Origin: a virus
Length of the DNA: 64,000 nt
Strand: one strand, 5' to 3'
IMG/VR virus record: IMGVR_UViG_3300045988_112558
Location: 28,997-92,996 of that record
Positions 1-9,374 of the stretch are shown here, one piece after another (the stretch's first letter is position 1; each line of letters opens with the position of its first letter). Position numbers and translations under genes: made by a program. The notes under the pieces were generated by a model. That model was not told the DNA's origin. It did no database searches and was given only the letters and a program-made list of their open reading frames with translations.

Positions 1-3000
1 GCTTGGAAGTTATTCTAATCCTACTAATCCTGTCCCTATATTCGATGAACAGTATATTACTCAAAAAGATGGCAAATGGGGAGAACGTACTAATTTAGGT
101 ATTAGATTCGTCGTATCTAACATAGATCGTCAAGTTGAATATTTTAAGGTTGTTGTCATTCAAAATACAGTAGGATACAACGGAGAAACTCAACCGGTTG
201 TTGATTACTTTGTAGAAGGTATCCATCCTGTATCAGAAAAGACTATATTGTATTATTCGGATCTTAATAACAAACGTACTACATTCGAACACATATCCTT
301 GAAAAAACCTGTGTATAACACATCAAGGGGGATTGTGGCTGTCGGGAATCGTCTTCTTCAATATGGTCTTACGGCGGAAAAAGAATGGAATTTACAGCCT
401 GTAGTTTCCCTCATGGGACACTTCCTTCAATGGCAGGCATCGGTAGCCCACGAAGATCTGTATAAGGATGGTAATGCCTGTTCATTGTATGTGGGGTATA
501 TGAGAAATGAAGTGTATCCGTTTGCTATTTCTTTTAAGTGCTCCAACGGTTATAAAACTCCGGCATTTGTGTTAATACCTCCCCCTTATAAAGATGCTGC
601 GGCAGAAATAGAAAATAAGGATACCGATAGGGTATATAAGTCCATAAACCAATATGCTCCACCTTGTTCAGGGCAAGAGCGTAAATTCAAGTGGCAGTAT
701 TATAATACGGCAGGAGATCCGAAGGATTTTGATGATGAAGAAACCGGACAAGAAGAATGTAAAAATCCGGCTACTATCGGTCAAACTATAACATTGCAAA
801 ATGATTTTAAAACTTATACGAACGTTAGTTTTACATTCAGAAGTCAGATTATAATAGATGAGGTGATTAATTATTTTTCATCTAATATAAAAGACATCGC
901 ATGTAATACCGCTACAGAAGAACCTAATAATGCTGCTGCCAACGAAATATGCGATATATTCAACAGCTACGGAGACTCTGACGATCCTAATACGGAGGAA
1001 CAAAAAGAAGCTATAGATGGTATCGAGGCTCCTGAGTTTGGAGCCGAGTGTACTGATGCGCACCGCCAGTATTCGCTTATTACAGCTCCGGTAGATCGTA
1101 TTGTAGGTTTCCGTGAAGAATATACGTATAAGGATCTTGAGGATATGGAGCACGTATCCACCGACTACCTATATACTACCGGCGGTGAAAAGCAAGACAA
1201 GTATTCTGTGCTATTTAACTGGGAACTACAGGAACAGATGATAGAGTTCATGGATAAGTATTTCTTTGCCGATGACGAAGATGGCGGTCATTGGGCTGGA
1301 TACTGGTCGGGTGATGACGGGACCAAGGCGTGCGCTGTGTACGATTCTCTGTTACAACCGTCTGTTATATTACAGTCTATAGCCGAAGCTATTTATGTTC
1401 TGGATTCTATGCCGTGTACTTGCGGATGTTTTATAGAAGAGCCTTGTCTTAATCCTACTGTTGCCAGAAGCGATTATAACTCATTCCAGTCATCTTCTAC
1501 ACTTCTTGGAGCATACCTTCTTATGAATGATGTGTGGAATGATGATAAAGGAGAAAGTAAGGTTTGTTTCCCAGATAGCAACCACTGTCTTCCGGACTGG
1601 AGGGCCGGACGTTCTTCGAGTACTATCCACAACGACGCCTACAGGTCAAGGATAGCGCCTGGAGCCCTGATAAGGGACACCTGGCCTGAGATAGAGAAGA
1701 AGATAGATGATTATTCATATAATTTCCTTGATACCGGTTACGTTCCAGAAGGAGATTACGGAGATGGATGGACCTGGGACTCTTATGCTAATTCAGCTGA
1801 CAATAACGTAGGCGCTCTTATTCCTGAAAATGTTAAAGGTTCTACGATGTTTACATCAGAGTTGTTGGTATGGAGGTTTACGAAATGCGTGCTTCGTAAC
1901 GCCCGTTTCCTTCATATTACAAGACCTAAAGAATGGGATGATCCTGATTTCCTGGCCAAGGACAAAGTTCTTTATCTGGAATCTTTGGGTAAAATAGATG
2001 GTCTTATGGATGCTGTGTCCACACAATATGTCCGTCTTTCTTTCTGGAAATCATTAGATCCAAGATACAAGGGAAGCAATAGGAAGATAGATAAGGATGA
2101 TCTCAACTTTGATTGGAAGAAGGTCATGGATGAAGGCGATAATTATGTTATTGTTGGAGCATCCCGTCCTTATTTTGGGCACATAGGCGAATCTTTCTTC
2201 GATAAGTACCCTGATGGATTGTATGTAGCCATAGACTGCCCTATCGTATCATGCCCTTGGATTTTTACCGTCCGACAAATTGATTTCTGTAAGGTCAAAG
2301 ACGATGGAGAAGAGGATAAAAGTAAGAATCCGTCAAGAGGTTTGGTAGGCACATCTTACGTCCTTGGTAAAACTATATACCCCTATATTTTTGGTATCAG
2401 AGAAAAGGAAATAGACAGGATAAATGTACGGGCAAAAGAAATATCGTTAAGGGCCACAGTGGAATACGCCAGCCAGTGTACAATATGCGGGGATCGTCCC
2501 ATAAACTGTGCTCCAAGGAAATACAAGTACGGTGATTTCGCTTACTGGGAATCGTCTGAGAAGTATCCTGCTAATTTTGAACTGTATGACAGCAGTAAGG
2601 TTAAGATAAGTGATCATGGTTATGAAGGCAATTCCAAGAAAGCTTACGACAATATCGTATCCAAGCTTACTGAATACTACGGTTCCCCTTCTACGGATGA
2701 CAAGGGAATGATGTCTTTTAAAGGTCATAAATATGGTACGGTAGATACCAGTACCGTCTTTTGCCAACAACCTATCCGGCATTATAAGTTCCCGGACAAC
2801 GATCATATGCTTTTCATGAACCGGGATGTTAGGTCTTATGATGTTCCTTCCGATATTTATCCTATAGGAATATTAGTAGACGAGGATATGATTAACGTCT
2901 TCCTTGATTTTGCTGTAGATTCCGGATTGATAACCAAAGAGCAGCGAGATATGGTTACAGGCTATGAGATATATAGAGGTGACAGACGTCTTAATCGTTC

Positions 3001-6000
3001 TGTTATAGCTACCGGAATAGCTTACGATATGTACAGGTATTCAGGTCAAAACTCGAATCTTAATCTGTATCCTAATTATCCGTATAATGATTTATCGGAT
3101 GACTCTTTTAATTACGCAACTGAAAAAAGGGTATCGTTTATAACCCACCCATTTTTCAGAAGAGGAAACGTTTGGTATGCATTTAGTTCTCCTGATATTT
3201 ATTTCAATAAACCTGAAACCCCTACGGAGGTAGCTATAGAAGGTTTTATAAGGGGAATGTCTGTAGGAAACTTTGATGAGGTTGAAGATCATCCCAAATG
3301 GACGATATTAGGAAAACAATCATATAAGATGGCGGCCACATTAGCCAACATCGAATCCACGGCCACCATAGCTTCTCAGATAGCAGAAGAGCTTATGAAC
3401 CGTTCTACGTCTGCGTATATAGGTGTGATAGGAAATATCAATATGGCAATGATCTTTGCTTCAATGATTGCCACCATATCTGATACGCTTGCCAAAAGAC
3501 CGGTATTGTATGGTAAGTACAGATATGATTGGCTTACGACATTCATAAACAATGGCCCAAGAAGGAATCATGCTTTTTATTATACATCTGTAGGTTACTA
3601 TAATAGCATGATGGGCTTTGATGATACGGCTCCATACGAACAAAACAGATTAAGAGGATTGGCTAACACCAAGAGTCTTAAATCAGGTATGTACCCCATA
3701 TCCGATCCGTCTACTACATCATCTTGGGTTACTGGAGAAGATGTAGATGATGATAACCAAAACGCTTCAAAAGATTTTTTGTTTATAAATAACATAGATA
3801 GGGAATCTTCCATGTTCTTATCTTTTGGAGATCCGGGAGAAAAGGATCCTGATACAAGCATCTTAAATTCAAAGTATCTTGTATCGTATCCTATGCAGGC
3901 CCAGGTATATGATACAAGTCGTATCCATGACCCTGTTATCATGGCTTCTGATGCCGGATCTAAAGAGTCTTTTGAAAGGACGAAGATGTTGTCTTATATC
4001 TGTTCTCCGTATATGAAGCTTATGCGATACAGGCCCGATCAGTATGGAGCTATAGAAGATATAAAATGGATATCAGTAGGAGGGTGTGGATTCTTCCAAG
4101 GAGGGAAGCAACCTTTGTTTGGCGGTGACACCTACATATCGAGGTTTTCCATGAAGCGAAAATTCCCATTTTTTTATAATACTGCTTTTGGTATAGGGGA
4201 TATGATACCATTTGCTTACAATGATTACCGGAATGTTGGATTCCCTAAGTATTTCGTTAATTACGATACTGGAGAAGATATGCTTGAGCATACTGACAAC
4301 GAACGTTTTAATAGCTGGACATCATCAAGCAAAGGAACGTATTCTTTTTATCCAAATAGAAAAAGTTTGTATAATTTAAATGGTGAAAATGAGGCTAAGA
4401 AATATGTGGATGGTAGATTTTATCTGTGGTCTTATGGTATTCCTCAATTCCTTGTAGAATCGGAAATAAACTGCAATTTCCGATTAGAAGGAGTAGAGCC
4501 TCATGAATGGTTTTATCCGGCTCATGGTGATTTTGCTTGGTGGACACAAGAAAAGAACGTGTCTATCCATAGGGACAATGATTACAAGATAAGTCCTATC
4601 TACTCATCAAGAATGACGTTGACACCTAATGTATTGCCGGCGACATACGAACGTCGTTTTTATGATTGTGCTTACCAGCGACCTAATGGTGTTATATGGA
4701 GTAGGGCTGACGTATCTGAAAACAGTCAAACAGATCCGTGGCTGACATACAAACCTATGGACTATCATGAGTTCCCAACCAGCAACGGTAAGCTTATTCA
4801 CATGAAGCGTATTGAATCCGATCAGATTCTTGTCAGGTTTGAGGACCAGGTTTCACTCCATAACGCCATAGACGTAATCAAGGAGCGCACCTCCCCAGGG
4901 CAGGCCGAGATGGGCACCGGCGGTCTGTTCGCGTCCCGGCCTCTGGAGTACAACACGACCGACCTTGGTTATTCTGGAACCCAGAGTACTGAAATAATTA
5001 GTTCAGAATTTGGTCATTTCTGGGTAGATACTAAAAGAGCACAGGTGTTTATGACCGATCCGAACGGACGTAATCTTAAGGAACTTAGTGTAGGTATCAG
5101 ACATTGGCTTAAGCGTCATCTTCCGTTTAAGATTCTTAGATACGGAATAACTAATATCTTGACCGGTGCAGAAATGACAGAAGAAGATACGGATAACAAA
5201 TTTATCGGTCTTGGTCTGTCTCTTGGATGGGATAATAGGTATAAGAGGGTACTTATCACGAAAAAAGATTATATACCTGTTAAGAACCCGGCATATTATA
5301 AATATGATGGTGGAAGGTTCTTGTATAATGAAACAGAGGTGTTGTCAAACGATAAGGAAATATCCTTAAAAGACGAACAGTATTTCAAGGACGTGTCGTT
5401 CACTATCGGATATTCGTGTCTGAAGCAAGAATGGATATCGTATTACTCATTCTGCCCTGACTATTATATAGAGCAGCAGCAATATTTCCAGACAGGAATA
5501 AACTTCCCGGCATCAGATGAAGAAGGTGGTCTATGGAGCCATTTGCTGACGAATAAAAGCTTCCAAACATTTTATGGAACAACATATCCATTTATATTAG
5601 AAGTGCCGATAAAAGAGAAATATAACGGTTCTACGTTGGCTTCTGTAGAATACGAGCTTGATGCAAGGAAATACGTCGATGATGTGAATTACACTCTTGA
5701 CAGGAAAGTAGGTTTAGATACGATAACTATCTACAACGACACAAACAACTCAGGTGAAATTCATCTTGTTCCAGAAGAAAAGAATAATTTAGCGCAACGT
5801 ATATCGTATCCGAAGATCGTAGGCGACTATACTGAGGTCCTGGATACTGAGGTATATAGAAGACATAAGTTAAATGACTTCTTCAACAGGGTTGACGATG
5901 ACCGGTCAGAGACCCCTATTTGGATCAAGGACGATAACGATATAAATAAGTCAGTTAATCCTGATTCTCTTAATTTCAGACGGTCATGGCTGGATAGGTT

Positions 6001-6100
6001 GCGTGGTAGCTGGATGCTGATGAGGATAAAGAAAGTAATTAGCAACCGAAAGATTATATTCCAGTGGTTGATTTCTGAAGATAAGATTAAGAATAGATAA
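1..6100 (+). CDS. Giant virion/structural-module protein, 5'-truncated at the window edge (at least 2032 aa). Function unknown.
   Basis: The frame is open from nt 2 (no stop before the listed TTG at 248), so the gene starts upstream of the window. Stop at 6098-6100. Y/W/D/N-rich, no recognisable catalytic motif. Followed by terminator hairpin 6107-6140. Confidence 0.7.
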   Translation, partial: LGSYSNPTNPVPIFDEQYITQKDGKWGERTNLGIRFVVSNIDRQVEYFKVVVIQNTVGYNGETQPVVDYFVEGIHPVSEKTILYYSDLNNKRTTFEHISLKKPVYNTSRGIVAVGNRLLQYGLTAEKEWNLQPVVSLMGHFLQWQASVAHEDLYKDGNACSLYVGYMRNEVYPFAISFKCSNGYKTPAFVLIPPPYKDAAAEIENKDTDRVYKSINQYAPPCSGQERKFKWQYYNTAGDPKDFDDEETGQEECKNPATIGQTITLQNDFKTYTNVSFTFRSQIIIDEVINYFSSNIKDIACNTATEEPNNAAANEICDIFNSYGDSDDPNTEEQKEAIDGIEAPEFGAECTDAHRQYSLITAPVDRIVGFREEYTYKDLEDMEHVSTDYLYTTGGEKQDKYSVLFNWELQEQMIEFMDKYFFADDEDGGHWAGYWSGDDGTKACAVYDSLLQPSVILQSIAEAIYVLDSMPCTCGCFIEEPCLNPTVARSDYNSFQSSSTLLGAYLLMNDVWNDDKGESKVCFPDSNHCLPDWRAGRSSSTIHNDAYRSRIAPGALIRDTWPEIEKKIDDYSYNFLDTGYVPEGDYGDGWTWDSYANSADNNVGALIPENVKGSTMFTSELLVWRFTKCVLRNARFLHITRPKEWDDPDFLAKDKVLYLESLGKIDGLMDAVSTQYVRLSFWKSLDPRYKGSNRKIDKDDLNFDWKKVMDEGDNYVIVGASRPYFGHIGESFFDKYPDGLYVAIDCPIVSCPWIFTVRQIDFCKVKDDGEEDKSKNPSRGLVGTSYVLGKTIYPYIFGIREKEIDRINVRAKEISLRATVEYASQCTICGDRPINCAPRKYKYGDFAYWESSEKYPANFELYDSSKVKISDHGYEGNSKKAYDNIVSKLTEYYGSPSTDDKGMMSFKGHKYGTVDTSTVFCQQPIRHYKFPDNDHMLFMNRDVRSYDVPSDIYPIGILVDEDMINVFLDFAVDSGLITKEQRDMVTGYEIYRGDRRLNRSVIATGIAYDMYRYSGQNSNLNLYPNYPYNDLSDDSFNYATEKRVSFITHPFFRRGNVWYAFSSPDIYFNKPETPTEVAIEGFIRGMSVGNFDEVEDHPKWTILGKQSYKMAATLANIESTATIASQIAEELMNRSTSAYIGVIGNINMAMIFASMIATISDTLAKRPVLYGKYRYDWLTTFINNGPRRNHAFYYTSVGYYNSMMGFDDTAPYEQNRLRGLANTKSLKSGMYPISDPSTTSSWVTGEDVDDDNQNASKDFLFINNIDRESSMFLSFGDPGEKDPDTSILNSKYLVSYPMQAQVYDTSRIHDPVIMASDAGSKESFERTKMLSYICSPYMKLMRYRPDQYGAIEDIKWISVGGCGFFQGGKQPLFGGDTYISRFSMKRKFPFFYNTAFGIGDMIPFAYNDYRNVGFPKYFVNYDTGEDMLEHTDNERFNSWTSSSKGTYSFYPNRKSLYNLNGENEAKKYVDGRFYLWSYGIPQFLVESEINCNFRLEGVEPHEWFYPAHGDFAWWTQEKNVSIHRDNDYKISPIYSSRMTLTPNVLPATYERRFYDCAYQRPNGVIWSRADVSENSQTDPWLTYKPMDYHEFPTSNGKLIHMKRIESDQILVRFEDQVSLHNAIDVIKERTSPGQAEMGTGGLFASRPLEYNTTDLGYSGTQSTEIISSEFGHFWVDTKRAQVFMTDPNGRNLKELSVGIRHWLKRHLPFKILRYGITNILTGAEMTEEDTDNKFIGLGLSLGWDNRYKRVLITKKDYIPVKNPAYYKYDGGRFLYNETEVLSNDKEISLKDEQYFKDVSFTIGYSCLKQEWISYYSFCPDYYIEQQQYFQTGINFPASDEEGGLWSHLLTNKSFQTFYGTTYPFILEVPIKEKYNGSTLASVEYELDARKYVDDVNYTLDRKVGLDTITIYNDTNNSGEIHLVPEEKNNLAQRISYPKIVGDYTEVLDTEVYRRHKLNDFFNRVDDDRSETPIWIKDDNDINKSVNPDSLNFRRSWLDRLRGSWMLMRIKKVISNRKIIFQWLISEDKIKNR

Positions 6101-6106
6101 TATCGT

Positions 6107-6146
6107 ATTACCCTCTGCCTATTAGCAAGTAGAGGGTAATACTTTT
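6107..6146 (+). terminator. Stem-loop terminator after the giant gene.
   Basis: Perfect 10-bp stem ATTACCCTCT/AGAGGGTAAT (6107-6116 / 6131-6140), 14-nt loop, then ACTTTT. Confidence 0.5.
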
Positions 6147-6226
6147 AAGTGCAAGGCTGTGTATAACCACTTTATATTATTCACTACATTTATTTATCCA
6201 AATTAATACATTTTAAATCATTTTAA

Positions 6227-6257
6227 TTTGTAAATCATATTTTAGTGTCTATATTTG
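6227..6257 (+). promoter_or_regulatory. Bacteroidetes-type sigma-A promoter (-33 TTTG, -7 TAnnTTTG) driving the tRNA-like array.
   Basis: TTTG at 6227-6230 and TATATTTG at 6250-6257, 19-nt spacing. This matches the published Bacteroides consensus TTTG-N19-21-TAnnTTTG. Confidence 0.55.
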
Positions 6258-6288
6258 CATCGTAATCAAGAGAGATTATGATATAAAA

Positions 6289-6349
6289 CAGTGGTGATGG
6301 AAGGTGATACTTCGGTTTGTGTCATAGGTTCGAGTCCTATATTTTTCAT
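6289..6349 (+). ncRNA. tRNA-like element 1: a degenerate copy with a 5' box GTGGTGATGG, an anticodon-like hairpin and an intact T-arm, but no D-arm or acceptor stem.
   Basis: T-arm ATAGG-TTCGAGT-CCTAT (6324-6340) followed by ATTTTTCAT. Hairpin GATAC/GTGTC (6306-6323) with an 8-nt loop. The 5' box GTGGTGATGG (6291-6300) is shared with unit 3. Confidence 0.4.
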
Positions 6350-6460
6350 GTAAGAAAAATTAGATCAGTTGGTAGATCAAAACCTCCTTTCATATCAAAA
6401 CACATTTCAGGTTTTCCCTGTTTTAATAAAATATATAGATGGTGAGGAGTTCGGTTACTT

Positions 6461-6533
6461 CGAAAATTAGCGTAGTGGATAACGCGGTATTCTGTAAAAA
6501 TACTTTTCATTGGTTCGAATCCAATATTTTCAT
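6461..6533 (+). tRNA. tRNA-Tyr (anticodon GUA), 73 nt, with a C1·A72 mismatch at the top of the acceptor stem.
   Basis: Hand-folded cloverleaf. Acceptor CGAAAAT/ATTTTCA (6 of 7 pairs). D-stem GCGT/ACGC with loop AGTGGATA. Anticodon stem GTATT/AATAC with loop CTGTAAA (U33, GUA, A37). Variable loop TTTTC. T-arm ATTGG-TTCGAAT-CCAAT. Discriminator T, no encoded CCA. Confidence 0.65.
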
Positions 6534-6589
6534 TTTAATTATCCGGCTCCGTTTTTCCTCTGTTTGAAATACATAAAAACTAATGAGTG

Positions 6590-6681
6590 GTGATGGGGTT
6601 AGTTACTTCGAATTTAGCTCAGATGGATAGAGCGATACTCAGTTAAAGTATAGGTCGATGGTTCAAATCCATTATTTCATT
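6590..6681 (+). ncRNA. tRNA-like element 3: well-formed D, anticodon (GUU, Asn-like) and T arms but a non-pairing acceptor stem and A33 in the loop, preceded by the 5' box GTGGTGATGG...TTACTTCGAA. Either a degenerate tRNA-Asn or a tRNA-mimic ncRNA.
   Basis: D-arm GCTC-AGATGGATA-GAGC (6617-6633). Anticodon stem ATACT/AGTAT with loop CAGTTAA (6635-6651). T-arm GATGG-TTCAAAT-CCATT (6657-6673). The flanks TCGAATT / ATTTCAT pair at only 4 of 7 positions. The 5' box at 6592-6611 is shared with units 1 and 2. Confidence 0.4.
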
Positions 6682-6740
6682 GTTTACACTAACTTCAGGT
6701 TTTCCCTCATTGAGTATTCATTTTGATATATTTTTTTTTA

Positions 6741-6771
6741 AGCAGTGGTAGTAATATCACTGCTTTTTTTT
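6741..6771 (+). terminator. Rho-independent terminator closing the tRNA-like array.
   Basis: 7-bp stem AGCAGTG/CACTGCT, 10-nt loop, then a T7-8 tract (6765-6772). Confidence 0.7.
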
Positions 6772-6800
6772 GTATAACACTTTAAAGAAAACAACAACAA

Positions 6801-8435
6801 ATGGGAAAGTTTAACAAAAAGGATGAAGGTGTTAAACCTACGATCGTGAATCACATGGGAGAGAAGGCGTATAAGCCTAACGCAGAAGAAGAGTTGGTAT
6901 CTACGGTAATGACTACCATGTTGTCTGATTCTTATTATGAGAAAGAAAAAGACAAGGTGAACAGGATTAAGGACCTTATGGATCAAGTAGATCCATATTT
7001 CGCAGCACAAACAGCATTGTATGTCAGGAAAGAAGGAAAGCTTAGGTCGGTAACGCATCTTATGGCTTCTGTCCTTGCCAGCAAAGCATCGGGTAAGGAA
7101 TGGGCTTCAAGGTTCTATAATAAGATCGTTATGCGTCCTGATGATATGAGCGAAATCCTTGGCTGCTATGCGGCTCTTAACGACAAAAATCCAAAGAAGT
7201 TAAGAGGAATATCCAGCGCTATTAAGAAAGGATTTAAGACGGCTTTGGAAGGTCTTGATCCGTATCGGATTGATAAGTATAAGATGGACAGTAGGGTCAT
7301 TACTATGGTTGACTTAGTAAACTTATTTCACCCTAAAGGCAATCAGGCTAACAAAACGGCTTTCCAGTACCTTATAGAAGGTCGGTCTTTGTCTGGATTA
7401 TACGAAAGCAAGATTCTTGAAAAAGAAATGTCTAAAGCCGGACAGGACAAGAAAGACAATAAGGAAAAGAAAGAAGCTTTAGGTGACGCTATTCGGGACG
7501 TGGTTTCTAATGTAAAAGGTATGCCTATTTTTAATATGGTTCGTAACCTTGTAAACATAATCAAATACGCGCCTGATCAAATAGATGAAGTTTGTAGGCA
7601 GCTTACAATAGAAGAGAAGGTGCTTAATTCGAAGATGCTTCCTTTCCGTTTTGCTTCAGCTTTCAAAGAGGTTGAAAATATAGGCACTGATGATTCCGAA
7701 AATGATATTGTATTTGAGTCGGATAAAAAACGTGCTAAATTAACAGCGCGTAATAAACATAAGATTTTAGATGCGTTGGAGAAAGCCATAACCATCTCCT
7801 GCAAGAACCTTCCGGTATTGGAGGGGCGGTCGGCTATCCTGATTGACCACTCTGGCTCTGTACGTGGAGATATGGGAGGATCTTCTGAGGTGTCTGCCTT
7901 TAGCAAAACAAGTACGGCTGTCATTGGTAACTTATTTGGCTGTATGATTGCTTCTGTGCTTCCTGACGTATTTATTGGTATGTTTGGTGACGAACTTATC
8001 AATTACGAATATGATAGAAGTAAAGGTGTTTTATGGAATAACAAAAAATCTTTTACTGCCGGAGAAGAATGCGGTGGTGCCACTGAAAACGGTCTTTTTG
8101 CATTCTTGTATAAGTGCGTTAAAGATAAGATCAAAGTAGATAACTTGTACGTTATTTCAGATATGCAGATAGGAGACGGTGAATCTGTTGTATGGGAGAA
8201 AAGTTCCAGTTATGGATATGGTAAATTCGCTGAACTTTTGAAAGGGTTTAAAAAAGTGAATCCAAATTGCAAAATCGTTTCTATTTCTATTAAAGGATAT
8301 GGAAGTGAGATGTTTTACAGAGGATCTAATATCTTGAACATAGCTGGCTGGTCAGAATCTATTTTCGATGTTATTAACAGCAAATTCTGCGGATATAAGA
8401 ATATGATTGAAGAAATTAAGAAAATAAAAATATAA
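6801..8435 (+). CDS. rsr: Ro60/Rsr ortholog: TROVE domain plus a C-terminal von Willebrand A domain with a MIDAS motif.
   Basis: N-terminus VNHMGEKAYKPNAEEELVSTVMTTMLSDSYY matches the Ro60 signature NxxGxxAY...YY. MIDAS DxSGS is present as ILIDHSGSVRGD. Length 544 aa is typical of Ro60. Flanked by terminators 6741-6771 and 8495-8532. Confidence 0.8.
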   Translation: MGKFNKKDEGVKPTIVNHMGEKAYKPNAEEELVSTVMTTMLSDSYYEKEKDKVNRIKDLMDQVDPYFAAQTALYVRKEGKLRSVTHLMASVLASKASGKEWASRFYNKIVMRPDDMSEILGCYAALNDKNPKKLRGISSAIKKGFKTALEGLDPYRIDKYKMDSRVITMVDLVNLFHPKGNQANKTAFQYLIEGRSLSGLYESKILEKEMSKAGQDKKDNKEKKEALGDAIRDVVSNVKGMPIFNMVRNLVNIIKYAPDQIDEVCRQLTIEEKVLNSKMLPFRFASAFKEVENIGTDDSENDIVFESDKKRAKLTARNKHKILDALEKAITISCKNLPVLEGRSAILIDHSGSVRGDMGGSSEVSAFSKTSTAVIGNLFGCMIASVLPDVFIGMFGDELINYEYDRSKGVLWNNKKSFTAGEECGGATENGLFAFLYKCVKDKIKVDNLYVISDMQIGDGESVVWEKSSSYGYGKFAELLKGFKKVNPNCKIVSISIKGYGSEMFYRGSNILNIAGWSESIFDVINSKFCGYKNMIEEIKKIKI

Positions 8436-8494
8436 TCATTGATTTTGCTTCAATTGTAATTTCCATAGTAAACAAGTTTTAGCTTTAAAGGTAT

Positions 8495-8532
8495 AGCCGA
8501 AGAAGTACGTGAGTATATCTTCGGCTTTTTTG
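8495..8532 (+). terminator. Rho-independent terminator after the Ro60 gene.
   Basis: 9-bp stem AGCCGAAGA/TCTTCGGCT (8495-8503 / 8518-8526), 14-nt loop, T6 tract. Confidence 0.7.
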
Positions 8533-8559
8533 TTTATCTTTGTTGAAAAACAGTTTGTT

Positions 8560-8958
8560 ATGAAACAAGTATTATATAAAAATGACATATACCCCTATAA
8601 TGTAAGGGTATTACTTGGAGCAGATGAAGAGTATATAGTTAAGACGTTCGCTAACCTGGAAGTAGAAAATCAGAGCTGGGATGGGTGGACTGATAATTAT
8701 GGTGGCAGAACTATTTTCGTAGGAAACCGAACCAATCACAGGAAAGAAATATGTTTCTTGTTTCATTCACTGTCTGATATGGATGTTAGAACCATAGGAC
8801 ACGAATGTCTGCACGGTCTTTCCCTTTATTGTAAGTATCTTAATATTAACTACAGTTTTGACGCCGGAGAAGATGAGCACGCTGCCTATCTAATGGGATG
8901 GTTGGTTGACAAGGTTTGTGATGCTTACCACAAATTTAAGAAGGAGGAAGAAAAATGA
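8560..8958 (+). CDS. Small HExxH zinc-metallopeptidase-like protein (paralog 1).
   Basis: HECLH followed by EDEHAAYLMGW. The start was moved to the ATG at 8560 (MKQVLYKND) because the listed upstream start overlaps the terminator. A TAnnTTTG box lies at 8535-8542. Confidence 0.6.
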   Translation: MKQVLYKNDIYPYNVRVLLGADEEYIVKTFANLEVENQSWDGWTDNYGGRTIFVGNRTNHRKEICFLFHSLSDMDVRTIGHECLHGLSLYCKYLNINYSFDAGEDEHAAYLMGWLVDKVCDAYHKFKKEEEK

Positions 8959-9374
8959 AAGAAAAAGAATTTGATTTTGTGATATATCCACTAAAGTTGA
9001 TTATCACCGTAGGGTTAGATTACAAAACATTGTGTGATCGTTTTGAGAATGCAGAATTGGATCATGAAGGAGAGTGGGGAGATGAAGGCGATTTAGATTC
9101 AGAAGTCTCTTTTATGAATCTTGTTCGTGATAAGGGGGATGATAGAGCTTTTAAGTTATTATGGAACTTTCAAAGTGAGAATGATATGACTATACAAAAC
9201 ATATGTCATGAATCATTTCATGCAGCTATGTCGGTATGCCAACATTGTAATATGTTTCTTGGTTTTAAGGTGGGAGAAGATGAACACGCAGCTTACATAG
9301 CTGGATTTGTTGGTAACTGCGCAGGTGAAATGTTTGGATTCTTAGAGGAAGAAAAAGATGGCAAAGAAGAATAA
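8955..9374 (+). CDS. Small HExxH zinc-metallopeptidase-like protein (paralog 2).
   Basis: HESFH followed by EDEHAAYIAGF. Its start overlaps the upstream stop in an ATGA arrangement (translational coupling). Confidence 0.6.
   Translation: MKEKEFDFVIYPLKLIITVGLDYKTLCDRFENAELDHEGEWGDEGDLDSEVSFMNLVRDKGDDRAFKLLWNFQSENDMTIQNICHESFHAAMSVCQHCNMFLGFKVGEDEHAAYIAGFVGNCAGEMFGFLEEEKDGKEE

Noticed and set aside
878-5591. Numerous 60-120 aa minus-strand ORFs inside the giant plus-strand genes (for example 878-1153, 2447-2806, 3598-3942, and likewise inside 14173-29593 and 37485-43931).
   Set aside because: They are embedded antisense in long continuous coding regions, lack start or terminator context, and have hydrophobic or low-complexity translations typical of random frames in AT-rich DNA.
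6590-6681. Calling unit 3 a functional tRNA-Asn(GUU).
   Set aside because: The acceptor strands pair at only 4 of 7 positions, and position 33 is A rather than U, so canonical aminoacylation is unlikely. It is kept as a tRNA-like ncRNA instead.
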